Assembly (NCBI GenBank): GCA_002269645.1
Contig: NIVC01003480.1
Span: forward strand, 1-64,000
DNA: 64,000 bases
From: Macrostomum lignano
Lineage: Eukaryota
Direction: 5' to 3'
Part shown: piece by piece, positions 10,434-23,500 of the stretch
Position numbering within the stretch: position 1 is the stretch's first letter
Layout: every line of letters begins with the position of its first letter
Program-made: the position numbers and the translations under genes
The notes under the pieces: model-generated
Databases searched by the model: none
Seen by the model: only the letters and a program-made list of their open reading frames with translations
What the model was told of the DNA's origin: nothing

Positions 10434-13400
10434 CTACGCGGCCTGCCCGAACACGAACACTTTGCCGCTGGAATTGCCGCCGCACAGGATGCCCCGACTT
10501 TTCTGCCAGCGGACCAACGAAGTGACCGTAGTCAGATTCTCGTCCCACACACAATCGATAAGGCGGCCAGACTCCGGCGAGTAGATTTCAATACGGCGCT
10601 GCTGCTTGTACATCGAACCGATTGCGATTGGGCCGGAGTCGCCAGCCGCGCCGCTGGGACACCAGATTGCGCGAAAATTCGACAGGTAGCGAGTAGTGAA
10701 ATTGTCGTGACTGATTGACAGAAGCTGCCGGCAGGTGGAGGTTGTTAGGGCTTTTGGTGAATTGAGTTAAACAATTTGTGAACGATGCGATTCACATAAC
10801 AGTACACGTGAGGTTCAACATAAAGACAAGTGTTGTGTCCCTAATTTACTATTAGATTGTCTCTAATGTACTATTAGATTGTCTCCCCAATGCACTATTA
10901 GACTGGCTCCCCAACGCACTATTAGACTGGCTCCCCAATGCACTATTAGACTGTCTCTCTAATGAACTATTAGACTGTCTCCCCAATGCACTATTAGACT
11001 GTCTCTCTAATGAACTATTAGACTGTCTCCCTAATGCACTATTAGATCGTCTCCCCAATGCAAAATTAGATTGTCTCCGTTAATGAACTATTAGACTGTC
11101 TCCCTAATGCACTATTAGATCGTCTCCCCAATGCACTATTAGACTGTCTCTCTAATGAACTATTAGACTGTCTCCCTAATGCACTATCAGATCGTCTCCC
11201 CAATGCAAAATTAGATTGTCTCCCTTAATGAACTATTAGACTGTCTTCCCAATGCACTATTATATCGTGTCTCTAATGCACTATTAGATCGTATCCCTAA
11301 TGCACTATTAGATCGTATCTCTAATGCACTATTAGATTGTCTCCTTAATGCACTATTAGGTTTTCTTCTAATGCACTATTGCTCTTGCCTAAGCCAAGAC
11401 TTCAATTTAGCCCCAAATTAATGTGACTGCACTTTGAATCGAGCCTGGGCCGCTGGCACATGAGAGCGCCGCGCCAGAATACTAGACTACGGCCCAACCC
11501 GGTTTTTTTACTTTCATCATGGATAAACTACCCTCTGGTAAATAAACCAGATAACACCACAAGATAACATTCGCTCAAACAAGATAACATGCCCCATTCC
11601 GGTTATGCGAAATGTTATCTTGTATGAATCCTGTTTGCGTGACAAAATCTTACGTTTCCTTGTTTCAAACAAGATTCAAATAGGATTCACTGACCAGGTA
11701 ACAGTCGGGTAATTCATGCGAATCCTGCAGGGAAACATCATGTTATTCTGTTTGCTATCCTGTCTGTTATCCTGTTTGACAAACAAGATTCGTTGACCAA
11801 GTAACAGTCGGGTAATTCATGATAATAAAAGGCGGAAGGCATTGACATCAAATTTCGCAGTAAAGAAGCGTATAAAAAGTTGGTGCTTCAAGATTTTATG
11901 AGTAGCATCTCTATATTTAACAGCGGGGTGTCATTTGTAAGCGCCTTATACAAACTAAACGGTAGCTCAACAGGAACGAAAACTTCTGGAGAACAGCGTG
12001 GCATACGTCTGAGTTGCGGGAGTCCAGTTATATGTAGACCTACTTATACTGTGGATACCAATTGATACTACTGAATTGGAGATCTGCTTCGAGCTGGTGC
12101 TGAGTCGCAGGTCGGACCTGCTATAGTCGGACACGACTCTGATGGCAGTCGACGCGTGCGCCAGACGTTTGAAAGATCGGGTCGCGCGCACGGAAGGCGA
12201 TTAATGAGACCACTGACAGGGGCTTGCATTATATGCCGGCGCAATGGAACGACTCTGCATTATTAAAGTTAAATTAAATGGCGATGGAAGGCAGTTTCTC
12301 CGAAATATACACAGTTATAAAGAAACAGTAATGTACATACACACTCGATCGTCTAGCTCTAACAGACAGCGACGGTTCGCCGACAATCATTGCCAGATTG
12401 TACGACTGTTCACTAGTAATGTCAGCTGCGTCGATAGAATTGTCATTCGTAGCATAGTCGTCATCCGGAATCAACTGGCTTTCGTTGATCGGCTGCTCGT
12501 AGACCGGAGACAAAGTGAATGGTGTATCATCTGATGCGCCGGTTCGCGCGGCGATGGCTTCGTGCAGTTGCGTCCACGAAATGCCGACTGCGCTGGAAAC
12601 TCTTACCTGATTGTCTTCGCAATCCCGTGTGCCAACGGTAATATCCAACCGACTTGCCGTTGCAGATGTCGCTAGTGCGATGGACGATCGTTCAACGGCG
12701 TCATCAACTGCGTCGTTCGAAGCAGTGACACCCTCGGAAAACAAGTGGCTGACAAGAATACCGACACTCATGGTCTGTAACGACTACTCTCTTGACTTGT
12801 TCGAGGATTTATTAACCATTGACAAGATTACCGACACTACTCTCTTGACTTGATCTGCTCACGGCTCGTGCAACTGCAAACGCCTTAGACAAACCAATGG
12901 AGCATGCACCGACAAAAATCGGATTAGCGTCTATCTTAATAGGAAAGCTGCTTTGCATACTGGGCCAGTTAGAGCTATTTGGAACTATCCCACAGTCTCC
13001 GTCTAGACACCCAGCTGTGCCAAACAATATGGTTGGCTGACTTCTGCTTCTAAGCGTCAAATATGACGATAGAATCATTCAGCCCATTGACACACTAAGC
13101 AGCTGTGACAGACTACATGCCAGTGGTAGTCAAACCTCTCGCACACAATCAGGGCGCACCATGTTATCCTGTAAAATTCCGATTCAAACAAGATTCGATC
13201 AACCAAGATAACAGAGAATTATCTGGTGGCGAATCTTGTACTTTTATCTGTTTTTCAAACAAGATTCGACCCATGTTATCCTGTAAAATTCAGATAACTC
13301 ACCAGATAACAGTCAAACAATAAAACAAAAAATTATCTGGTGGTGAATCTTGTCATGTAATCTGATTTCTAAGCAAGATTCGGGCCATCTTATCTGGTGA

Positions 13401-16400
13401 AATTCAGATAATTCACCAGATAACAGTCAAAACAGATAACACTAAAATTACCTGGTGACGAATCTGGTAGTTTCACCAGTTTCGCACCTCAAACAAGGAA
13501 ATCAGTAGTGAATCTGACAAGATTCGCAAATTATCTTGTGGTATTTTCTGGTTTATTTACCAGAGGGTAACGACATGGTGACATTGGCAAGAAGACTATT
13601 GAAAACCAGGGTGCTAGAATAGGATATCACGGCACGCTTAGCCAAAATGAGGCAAGCCTCACCGGCTCTCCATCGCCGCTGTCGGCATCGTACACCCGCA
13701 CAGTATCGTTCAGCGAGGTGGTGAGGAAGCGCATATCACCAGTTGGGCTCCAATAGGCTGAATCGGCGCTTCGGCCCTGGCTAAAATCGCCAAGCGGCTC
13801 CTTGGTTGAGCGCAGATCCCACAAGTTGACGCTGCCGTCTAGACAGGCGGTGAGGCACAGGTGCCCGCGGCCGGGTCCAGGATGCGGGTCGATGCACTTC
13901 ACCACGCGACGGCAGCAGTTGGCAGTCAGCTCGCTGAATTTGCCTAGAGCAGGGATTTCGGATTGGGATTTACACTGCTGCATGTAAATTGAACTAAACT
14001 GCTCAAAACTGAGGGTGCCTGAAGGACATCCGGGATCAAAACTGGTGCCAGAATGACATCCAGGATCAAAACTGAAGGTGCCTGAAGGACATCCGGGATC
14101 AAAACTGGTGCCAGAATGACATTTAGGATCAAAACTGAAGGTGCCTGAAGGACATCCGGGATCAAAACTGGTGCCAGAATGACATCCAGGATCAAAACTG
14201 AAGGTGCCAGAATGACCTCCGGGTTAAAAACCAAAGGTGTCTGAGTGACATCCGGGATCAAAACTAAAGGTGTGTGAGTGACATCCGGGATCAAAACTAA
14301 ATGTGTCTGAGTGACATCCGGGCTCAAAACTAAAGGTGTTTGAGTGACATCCGGGATCAAAACTAAAAGTGTCAAATGATGTCCGGGATTAAACAAACAA
14401 ACGGCGACATTGAACAGCCGAAAGGCGAAGCGGTCGGATAGGCATTTAAGCTGGAAATCAAACTAACCAGTTCGCCTATCCAAGATTCTCAATAGGCCGT
14501 CCTCGCCGCCTACGGCGAGACCCTCGCCAACCTGGGCAACTCCGCCAGATGGCAGGCAGGCGAGCGCCGTGGCGCCAAGTCGCTCGTTGCGCAGCTCATC
14601 GCTAATCTCGTCACCAACGCAGGCGTTTAAATCAACGAATCGAACCAGACCGTCGTACGAAGCCGTGAATAGCAGGTGCGAAGCATCCCCAGGACCGAAT
14701 GCCAGTTCGGTCACCCGATCGGTGTGAAGCCGACCAGTAAGCACAGCGTCCGACTCGTTATTATTAGTCAACGCGAACAGGCCTATCGTACCTTTGGTGT
14801 CGCCGGCGGCGCCTAGCAACGGTTGCTGGGCGGTGCCGTCGTCGCGCAGAGCCAACGAAAATATGCGCTTTTGCAGCGGCCTCATTGAGCATAGAAATCT
14901 CATGTTATTTGTAGTGAACCCGTTGTCATTAGTCTTATTTTTTGCCTTCTTTTCATTTTCTTCATCATTATCGCTGCTAAATGGTTTCACCTGGGCCAGC
15001 AGGTCGGCCAGTTCGGATGCCAGATCGAGCCGACCTGAATGAAATGTAGGCATTTGTTTCACCTTCGATGCATATTCTAAAGTGCATTGCGAAAATTTGA
15101 TGTGACCTGCCGATATGAGACAGCCAATAGAATCATGAAATCTGAACTCAACGGTGTTAATATTTGAGTATGAAGCACGCTGGACTCTTCTTCAACTCTA
15201 CTTCTCTTTTCTATACCTAATCTACCGAATCTGATACTACACTGATAAGCATCTATTACAAAATCGGCAAAGTCCAGCCCTCGGGCCCTTTTTTAACTTC
15301 ACAACAGCAATCAAGGTCTCAAGGTCTCCTCCCTAATCTCTTCTTTACTCTGGCCCGAGAGGTAAAAAAGTTTTTTCCCGACCCCTGATCGTTGATTGCT
15401 CAAATTATTTTTTAAATCGTATTTTGACAGCACTTGAGAAGTAGTGACAATATGGGTTCTCCTGTTTGAGACGGCATGGCAACTAGGACACCTGGCTTCA
15501 GGTAAAATTTTGCTAGAAAAGCAACCATTGCAATTAGCTGATCTTTGATTGCTCATTGATTGACACTGTCTTGAACATTAACAAGCAGTGTAGAGTTGAT
15601 AAGGTGATCTCCGAAATCCCCCAGAGTCTCTTCCAACTGGGAAATCTTAGAGACCAGACAATACCCGATGGAATACGTTACCTAGGCCAAGATGTTTATT
15701 CTGAACTACGCCAAAACGATAAAATGTCACGGTACAAGTCGCATTCACTAGGGAGACTAAGACTCTGGGGCTAGCACTTAGCAGTAAATCAGCTGCCTTG
15801 TGCCTAATTGGTTTTTTACTACGCAATAACTGACGCAGCAATTGAGTTAGTAGAAATTTTCACTGTAACACAACGACTCTCAAACAACAACTGAGACGAC
15901 TGTTGCGCGTGCACCAAATGGCCCAGGGGGTTGTCATGCAATTAGAAAGTCAGGAACGCTGTACACTTCGTGTGAGCGTGCGTACGAGTGAGTGAATGTG
16001 CTCAGAAGTCAGCGGAATGGGCAGACGACCTGTTTCAACGCTGGTTGTAAGACGACGTCGCTGAAGGTGTTGCGCAAGGATGCCGACAATCCGTTATTTA
16101 CAGTATTTCACGTCTTTAACGGAGTACAATAAGTGAAGAAAACTCGGTCCAACCGTATTTTTACTCCTATTTGTCTTCAAAATATTAAATAAAGACAAGA
16201 GATAATGAAACATTGCAGGAGTAGAATACGAGAATATACCAATATTGATGGGCTGCAGAGGGCAGAAATGAGCTATAACGCCGAGGCGCGTAGCCTTCAT
16301 ATTAGTGTTATAGTCAGCGGGCGTGAAACCGCGTTTCACGGGCCGCTGAGACCATACATGTGCAACGTCCAAAATTCGGTCGGCCGTGCGACTTAGTTTT

Positions 16401-19400
16401 AACAAAAATGCGACGTAGTTTTTGGCTAAAAATGCGACTTACATGTAAAAAAAACCCTAAAGCAAAATAACGCAACTTTGGGTAAACGGCGGGAGTAACT
16501 ATGACTGTCTTATCAGGCAAAAATGCCTCGTCAGCTACTTAGTACTACTACGGGGGTATTTCGGGTGGGCATTTTTGCGACTTCCTTGGTTGGCTGCCAA
16601 ATCAGTCGGCCGGATCAGCCGACTCGGTCGACTGTTGCGCATGTATGGCTGAGACTGTCTATGGTAAAATCCCATTTACTCTAATGCATTCAGTCGGTTT
16701 CACGGCCCGCTGAAAATGTCTATGGCAAAGTCAGAAGAAAGCGGGGTCAAGGGGGCGTTGAGCCCCCTTGCGGGGGTGTGGGGGCAGAGCTCCCACATTA
16801 GCACACCAGCACACAAGACAAAGAAAGAAATAATGAAATCCAAAAATTGTCTATGGCCAAAACTCCTTATTTTGCGAATTGAAAAAATAGTAACTGATAC
16901 TAAGAATTGTTAAGCAGCACTAAGCTTTACTTTTAAAATATACAAGTTGTAGAAACATTGGGCCGTATGCAGAAAGCTTAGACCAGACTAGCTAGTCCGG
17001 ACTTGGGTAGTTCAGTCTATGGTCTATGGTTTAGCTACCCTAGTTCTGTCTATAGTAGATCGGTCTAACTTTGCGTTTCTGCATACCAAATCCAAGTCCA
17101 GACTAGCTTTTCAAGACCAAACTACCCTAGACAGAGCTTTCTGCATACGGCCCATTAACTAGATACTTATATGCATACGAGTTTTTTTACTTATTGAAGT
17201 TGGCCATAGATTATTGCAGCGGGCGGGATGCCGTGCGTTTCTCCCCGTTTCAACACGCCTAGGCTAACTATAACACTTCATACCTCGTTCCGGTTCATCG
17301 TCGGATTCCGATTCGGCTTCATCAGCGCTGTCCGACGTCGATGCTGTCTCGCCTAGCGCGGCACTGTTCGGCGCCATCGCGCCAATTCGACGGCTTCGCC
17401 TCTTCGGCGACGGCGGCAGTAGAACGTCGCCGTCCAGGCTGTTAGTCGACGCCCGCTTAATCCTATCGGCGGCGGCGATGCGGGCGCTGCGACGCTTTGG
17501 CGCGCGTCTAACCGAGGCGCGGCGCGGCTGCTTAGCGCTAGGCGGCTGGTACTCTTCATCAATTCCGACATTGGAACTGCTACTAGTAGTAGTAGGCAGC
17601 GGGCGCACTCGGCTGGATAAATGGAGCAGGCCAGATTAATCAGTAATAAGTTAGATATGTTGGAGTGCTACGGTCGGCTTAATAGAAGGGGTGAGGGAGG
17701 CGTTTACGCAAGCTTAAAACTCTCAAGGACTACTCAATTAGAAAGACGGGAAACTACGTTTTTTAGGAGTTCTAACAGGCATAATAAGTTTTCATTTTTC
17801 AGCACAAAAAATGTTATTGCTTTCGATATGTCTTGCCTTTTTGTAGCTCTATTGATATTCAAAAATCCTACGTACATGCCCTGTGCATAAAAAATAAAAG
17901 GCACAAACCGGCTCATTGGTTTTATGAATATCTATTTTATTATTCTGTTACACAACTGTTACACAGTCATTGAGCTCAGAATCATAAAAATAGATAGATG
18001 TAAGTAGAATATAAAATTAACATGGAATCCTAGTTTTTTTAACGAAAAGCTTTATGAATATCAATAGAGCTATAAGAAAGGCAAGTCATATCAAAAGATG
18101 AACATTGGGTCTCCCTTCTATTAAAAGCAATGACAATTGTGCTGAAAATGAAACCTATCTCCATAATGTATTTTTTCGGTAAAATCGGTCTCCATTTTTT
18201 CCAAGAAACGTAGTTTCCCATCTTTCTACTTGATTAGACCTTGGAAACTCTTCAACTTTTGAAGTTTCTTCCAACTCTTGGAAACTTTTCAATGATGCGA
18301 AGCTTCCCTAATTAAAAATTTCATCATATCATCGAAAAGTGTTTTGTGATGGCTCAAATTAGGGACTTTGGAGCAATCAATTTGAGAATTTGGCCAATCT
18401 AGTTGAGATTCGGCTATCTGCTGCATGCATGCAGATTGCTGAGTCTCAATTATAGCTTTTTGTGATTGAATTCAGCCAAACTGAAAAACCTTTCAGCCAA
18501 TGGAGATTTTGCCTTCACTTCGGCGGCTTCTACCACAGACTATTTAGGACACACCGGCTAGCTGTCCCGCTCCTGTAAATGAATTCAGCCAAACTGAAAA
18601 ACCTTTCAGCCAATGGAGATTTTGCCTTCACTTCGGCGGCTTCTACCACAGACTATTTAGGACACACCGGCTAGCTGTCCCGCTCCTGTAAATGAATTCA
18701 GCCAAACTGAAAAACCTTTCAGCCAATGGAGATTTTGCCTTCACTTCGGCGGCTTCTACCACAGACTATTTAGGACACACCGGCTAGCTGTCCCGCTCCT
18801 GTAAATGAATTCAGCCAAACTGAAAAACCTTTCAGCCAATGGAGATTTTGCCTTCACTTCGGCGGCTTCTACCATAGACTATTTAGGACACACCGGCTGG
18901 CTGTCCCGCTCCTGTAAATGAATTCAGCCAAACTGAAAAACCTTTCAGCCAATGGAGATTTTGCTTTCACTTCGGCGGCTTCTACCATAGACTATTTAGG
19001 ACACACCGGCTAGCTGTCCCGCTCCTGTAAATGAATTCAGCCAAACTGAAAAACCTTTCAGCCAATGGAGATTTTGCTTTCACTTCGGCGGCTTCTACCA
19101 TAGACTATTTAGGACACACCGGCTGGCTGTCCCGCTCCTGTAAATGAATTCAGCCAAACTGAAAAACCTTTCAGCCAATGGAGATTTTGCCTTCACTTCG
19201 GCGGCTTCTACCATAGACTATTTAGGACACACCGGCTGGCTGTCCCGCTCCTGTAAATGAATTCAGCCAAACTGAAAAACCTTTCAGCCAATGGAGATTT
19301 TGCCTTCACTTCGGCGGCTTCTACCATAGACTATTTAGGACACACCGGCTGGCTGTCCCGCTCCTGTAAATGAATTCAGCCAAACTGAAAAACCTTTCAG

Positions 19401-20562
19401 CCAAGACTTTCAGTCAATGATTTTCTCACAGCTAACTTCTCTCACAGATTATCCACCTATACTTAATCTCTAAAGTAATATACATTATTTAGCAATTTGA
19501 CGATCATTATTCACATTTTTAATGCAGAACAATCCATTACTACAAAAAATGCAGGATGTAGGATGTATGTATGTAGGATCGTCAAACAGAAAAACAATGC
19601 AAAGAATCAGCAGTCGCAGCACGTGACAACGATTTGTCTATGGCTCGCGTCTACCGGCGCTCGCCAGACAATCGTTGTCACGTACTGGGACCGCTGATTA
19701 TTTATCCAATATACTAAAGCTCGATCTGCTCGATCTGATTTGTTTGATTCTAATGCATTTAAAAGCGAACCGCTTGGTAAATTTTTCAGCAAATTGGTTC
19801 ATTTCTGAAATCTCTACCTAGAAAATTTACCTGTGAAAATGGGCAAAAACGGGTCCGTTTCCTAGCTAATCAATGGTATTTCTTTTTTGAAATGCACTTT
19901 TCAAAGTTACTGTAAAACTAAAGGACGAAAACCAATGTATTAGACAACAACAACAACAAACGTGCATGCGCTTTAGCTGGATTGCTTTGTTTTATAATTA
20001 TATGTCTGTATAACACAAATTTTCGAGGAATGTGATCTTTGACCTCTAGATGCCGAGATATTTTGTGAATAACGGAGGTGGTTTTCGATTTAGGGTATTC
20101 GGAATACCCCCATGGTGATCCAGCCTACTTTTAAGGGACTAGCGGTGTTTAATGATAGGATCTCGAGAGTTGCTATGGCTACATATGTACAACTGGGATT
20201 TCCTGTCATCAAAAAGCGACAGCCAGATGTACGTGATTGTTTAATTGTTAGAGAAAATAGGCCAATGGGTCCAGGTGTGCTAGTATATACTATATCTAAG
20301 CAACATTCGACTATTCGTTGTGAAAAGGCCTGCATTGAAGTGTTATTAAAAATGTGCCAACTTTAATATCACTTACGGTTTTACTGGCGCAGGTGTTGGC
20401 TTGAAGCGAGGCTGCAATGTCAAAAGGGGCATCATATCCTGTACTGCTGTTGTTTCTAATTTATTGCAGTTTATTGAAACTTACTAGCGCGATATTTAGA
20501 TTGCCAAGTAGTGCCTGATTTTCGTTAATCCTCTGCAGGCGAGCTCGCTCATATTCCGACAT
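10434..20562 (-). CDS. WDR76: WD repeat protein 76 (CMR1-like); exons 20562(or 20622)-20485, 20438-20377, 17612-17284, 15034-14468, 13943-13663, 10724-10434
   Basis: N-terminal MSEYERARLQRINENQALL motif, WD40 repeats (TASYDG, LWDLR, LTTSLNDTVRVYD), C-terminal SHDNFTTRYLSNFRAIW...GSM...RRIEIY...LCGGNSSGKVFVF matching the WDR76 family. All five introns are GT-AG with matching phases (0,2,1,1,0). Confidence 0.9.
10850..11380. repeat. 24-bp minisatellite (CTAATGCACTATTAGACTGTCTCC) in last WDR76 intron
   Basis: About 22 tandem units with an internal CTAAT...ATTAG palindrome. Confidence 0.9.
11531..13567. mobile_element. Non-autonomous TIR DNA transposon with CCC...GGG ends, TA flanks and subterminal repeats (CMC/EnSpm-like), in WDR76 intron
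   Basis: CCCTCTGGTAAATAAACCAGATAACACCACAAGATAA at 11531 is mirrored by TTATCTTGTGGTATTTTCTGGTTTATTTACCAGAGGG ending at 13567; TA on both sides; many AGATAAC/ACAAGAT subterminal motifs. Superfamily assignment is inference. Confidence 0.8.
12068..12771 (-). CDS. Putative two-exon cargo ORF of the TIR element (exons 12771-12341 and 12254-12068, about 205 aa), possibly PB1/ubiquitin-like
   Basis: AT-rich 86-nt GTATGT...TGCAG intron (12340-12255) joins the two segments in phase 2 and keeps the frame open to TAG at 12070-12068. Confidence 0.4.
14010..14395. repeat. Compound 27/33-bp minisatellite (ACATCCGGGATCAAAACT core) in WDR76 intron
   Basis: Tandem units; source of spurious ORF 13944-14396. 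Confidence 0.88.
16314..16713. mobile_element. Small MITE (TCAGCGGGCGTGAAACC / GGTTTCACGGCCCGCTGA ends) interrupted by a hAT MITE
   Basis: Imperfect inverted ends flank the 16353-16647 insertion. Confidence 0.55.
16353..16647. mobile_element. hAT-type MITE, copy 1
   Basis: 14-bp TIR CATACATGTGCAAC / GTTGCGCATGTATG; exact 8-bp TSD GCTGAGAC (16345-16352, 16648-16655); body is the reverse complement of 37154-37450. Confidence 0.9.
16960..17153. mobile_element. Harbinger/Tourist-like MITE
   Basis: 19-bp perfect TIR GGGCCGTATGCAGAAAGCT / AGCTTTCTGCATACGGCCC; 3-bp direct repeat ATT on both sides. Confidence 0.8.
17734..18233. mobile_element. MITE with long imperfect TIRs; related fragments at about 25615-25705 and 54180-54430
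   Basis: AGAAAGACGGGAAACTACGTTT / AAACGTAGTTTCCCATCTTTCT ends; internal TAGCTCTATTGATATTC / GAATATCAATAGAGCTA inversion; the same motifs recur elsewhere in the window. Confidence 0.7.
18468..19403. repeat. 113-bp tandem satellite, about 8.3 copies, in WDR76 intron
   Basis: Units begin GAATTCAGCCAAACTG at 18468, 18581, 18694 and onward; they differ by only a few substitutions. Confidence 0.95.
19620..19683. other. Short inverted repeat/hairpin with an E-box-like CACGTG
   Basis: ACGTGACAACGATTTGTCT...AGACAATCGTTGTCACGT. Confidence 0.6.
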
Positions 20563-23500
20563 GGAATTTCCGCCACTTGCAATCCGAGGCGCTTTGGCGC
20601 TTGGACCAGCAGGAGCAGGCACCTGTGTGTATAAATGAACCGTTATTTAACTACTGAGAGTAGAATATTGTCTACAAATAAAAAATACAACTTTTTGACA
20701 ATAGAACTATTTTAAATAGCAACGTGCAACATGGCAAAATACAATTCATAATGGCTTCCAAGTAGTGTAAACAGTAACACAAAACAACAACTTACATTTT
20801 CAATGTTACTCACATTTCGCTTAGACATTTTCCACTTACAATCTGGAAAGAATTAATTTATTATTAGGAGACATTAGAAATACATGAAAATGTGATGTAG
20901 TTCAAATAATTTTCTAAAGTGTTTAAAAAGCAAAAATATTCAGCACAATAAAAATCTATTGAGCATATTCAATAGTGTTGATTATCCAACCTGAAAGCAA
21001 ATTCTTAATAGATTAAAAATAGAAAAAGTTAAACATTCATAGCACTTGCTTATTATTATCATTAATTACTAAGCATATATAAAAAAGTTCCATTCAATCT
21101 CTAACAACTAAAGAATTTGGGACCATCTTTATTAGATCTCATTCTATTCTGTTTCATGTATTTGACGTTTTTCTCATTTAACTTTACCTAATCCAGTGGC
21201 TAGCAATGTGACCATACCTGCCAATTTTAGTTTTCTGCTCAACTGCACAACTATTTTGGTTTTACAGTACTTTTTAGTCATTTCTGCACTAAAAATAAAA
21301 ATTGAAACTATGAAGTAGTTCTGGAAAACCTAGTTCAAGTTCCACCAGAAGCACTATTAGCCAGTTATCTAAGCTTGATCAAATTGGGTTTTTTTAAGCT
21401 GTTTGTGACTTCTATTTACTTATCTACCACTCTAGAACAAATTTCTACAAGTTTTGAGCTTCTTAGACCCTAGCAAACTTCTGGGTTCACAGTTAAACAC
21501 CAAATGTACTATTCTAAACACTGCTAAAGCCTTGCTGAAGGTAATTAAATCAGCTTGCATAGATGACCTTTGACTGGAGATAACTAAGTTAGTGTCTCAA
21601 ACTCTCAATAGTTGTTGAAATTGCTGGCATGAATGAGCCAGATAAACTTTAGGCTATTTTGCCACTAGAAGGCTTTTCACTTCATTCTTAGCTAGGCCAC
21701 GCAGTTTGCAGTCTTCTTTATAGAAACACTGATAGTGAGCATGCAATCAAGCGGATTGCAAAAAACCTAACTAGACAAAGAAACTAGCTTTTAGATTTTA
21801 CACTAGATAGCCTCTTGGCAAAGTTATAGCTAAAGTCAAGTGGTGCCAGACCAAGCAATTTCAACATCAATCAATCTTTATTGGTATTTGGCTTTGATGC
21901 CTGTGCCAAAGCTGAAGAATGTGCTAGGGCAAAGCAACAAGAGAGTGAGTTAAAAAGACTAAATCAGGAACTAGAGAAGCAGCGGGCAAAGATTGCAGAG
22001 CTTGAAAAGCAGAAGTAAAATGCCACAAATGTAGCTGCAGAGTAGTAGGCCATCAACAAAATGCAAAGGTTAGGCCTAGTGCAAGAAATGTTTTATAATG
22101 CCAATACTAGAAATAAACAACTTTGTAAAGACAGTCATGCCTAATGTTCTAGCAAGAATAAGAAGTCAAAGAAGTGAATGAGTACAAGCACAATGTAGCA
22201 ATTGCTATATCAATTAAAAAAGTGAATAAAAAGTTTTAACTGATATTACTAGAGTATCTATTGTTTGTCTTTGTTTATGGCTTTTTATTACTATTTTAGT
22301 TTCTAAAAAAGTACATATAGGCCTAGCCATTAAAACACTTATATATCCTGCTGCACTATTTTTTATAAATCCTCTGTGGTCTCACTAATGCCTGGCAGGC
22401 TCTGTTTCAAAGGTTTGATTCTTCTATTTCCTTATCCTTATATTGAGGCGTCACAAAAAGGCAACTCTAAGTAAATATATAATATAAAGTGATTCTTTTG
22501 AAGATTATATATAATATGTCAATTAATTTTGTTGCTTTCTATTTTCATAAGGAAAAATTTTAAGATAAACATTTCATATAAAAATTTAGCTAATAAACTA
22601 TAAGCCTTATTTGCTAGGCCTATCAGTCTTATAACTATAAGGCATAGAATTTTTTGTCTTTGTGTCAATAGGCCTATTTTATTATGAATTTCTGAGTTTT
22701 CTGAGATTTTAATACAAATTGTAATATTTTCCTATAAAGAATATGTAATATATAAAGAAATGATATACATGTTTTTTTTAAAACTGAATAAGTTTACTAA
22801 AATTAAAATCATACTAAATTATACTAAAAATACACATTTAAAGTATTTTGGAGAACATTTTTGGTTGCTACACAAGTTGCACGCAGCGCATAGCTAGCAG
22901 TCATGCTTTCTATGCAGATGATGCAGGGCCCCATAGGGCATTGCAACAATAAAGGACCTTTTTGCAGTTGCAACAATAAAGGTAAGGTAGGCCCTAGTGC
23001 GCACTAGGGGCCTATCTATGTGGCTACATGTTAGTAGTAATAGATATGCCATAGATTTTTAAAAGCCTATATGCACAAGCTATTTTCACTAAAAAGAGCC
23101 TCTATGTCCATGAGATTATGTTAGTAGTAGGGATGATTAGGCCTATTGGGGATGATTATTTTATCAATGAATTAGATCAAGCCTAAAGTACTAGCCTATA
23201 AATAAACAATTGACTAGCATGTCTTAGTCATCTCTTGTCTGGTAGTGGTAGGCTAGGGCAACGACACATGACCAAGATGGCCACGCCGCCATGGCTCTAA
23301 ATGAATGGCTATTATGGATAGGCCTAGGATTCCTAGGAATAGGGACTTCTTTGCCTTCTTGAACTTTGGGTATATAAAATACTTCCCATTTTTTTAGTTC
23401 AAGAAGTCCCATATTTTTTCAGTAGTTAGGAACAGTTTGGGCTTACTGCCAAGATGGTGCTTAGGCCTATTTAGTAGGAGGAAACATGGAGACCTGACCT

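Noticed and set aside
15311-15841. Short ORFs in a WDR76 intron with CxxC motifs; faint resemblance to Polinton/retroelement proteins
   Set aside because: Fragmented across frames, no diagnostic motif or element ends; cannot be supported without a search.
18468-19403. CRISPR-like regular spacing here and in the 41-bp arrays
   Set aside because: Whole units repeat with no unique spacers; no cas genes; eukaryotic context.
20090-20366. Overlapping 81-aa and 84-aa ORFs
   Set aside because: Lie in a WDR76 intron, no recognisable motif, no splice-phase fit.
23224-23460. Possible first exon or promoter of WDR76 (CAAGATGG motifs)
   Set aside because: No donor site in a suitable phase; motifs alone are too weak.
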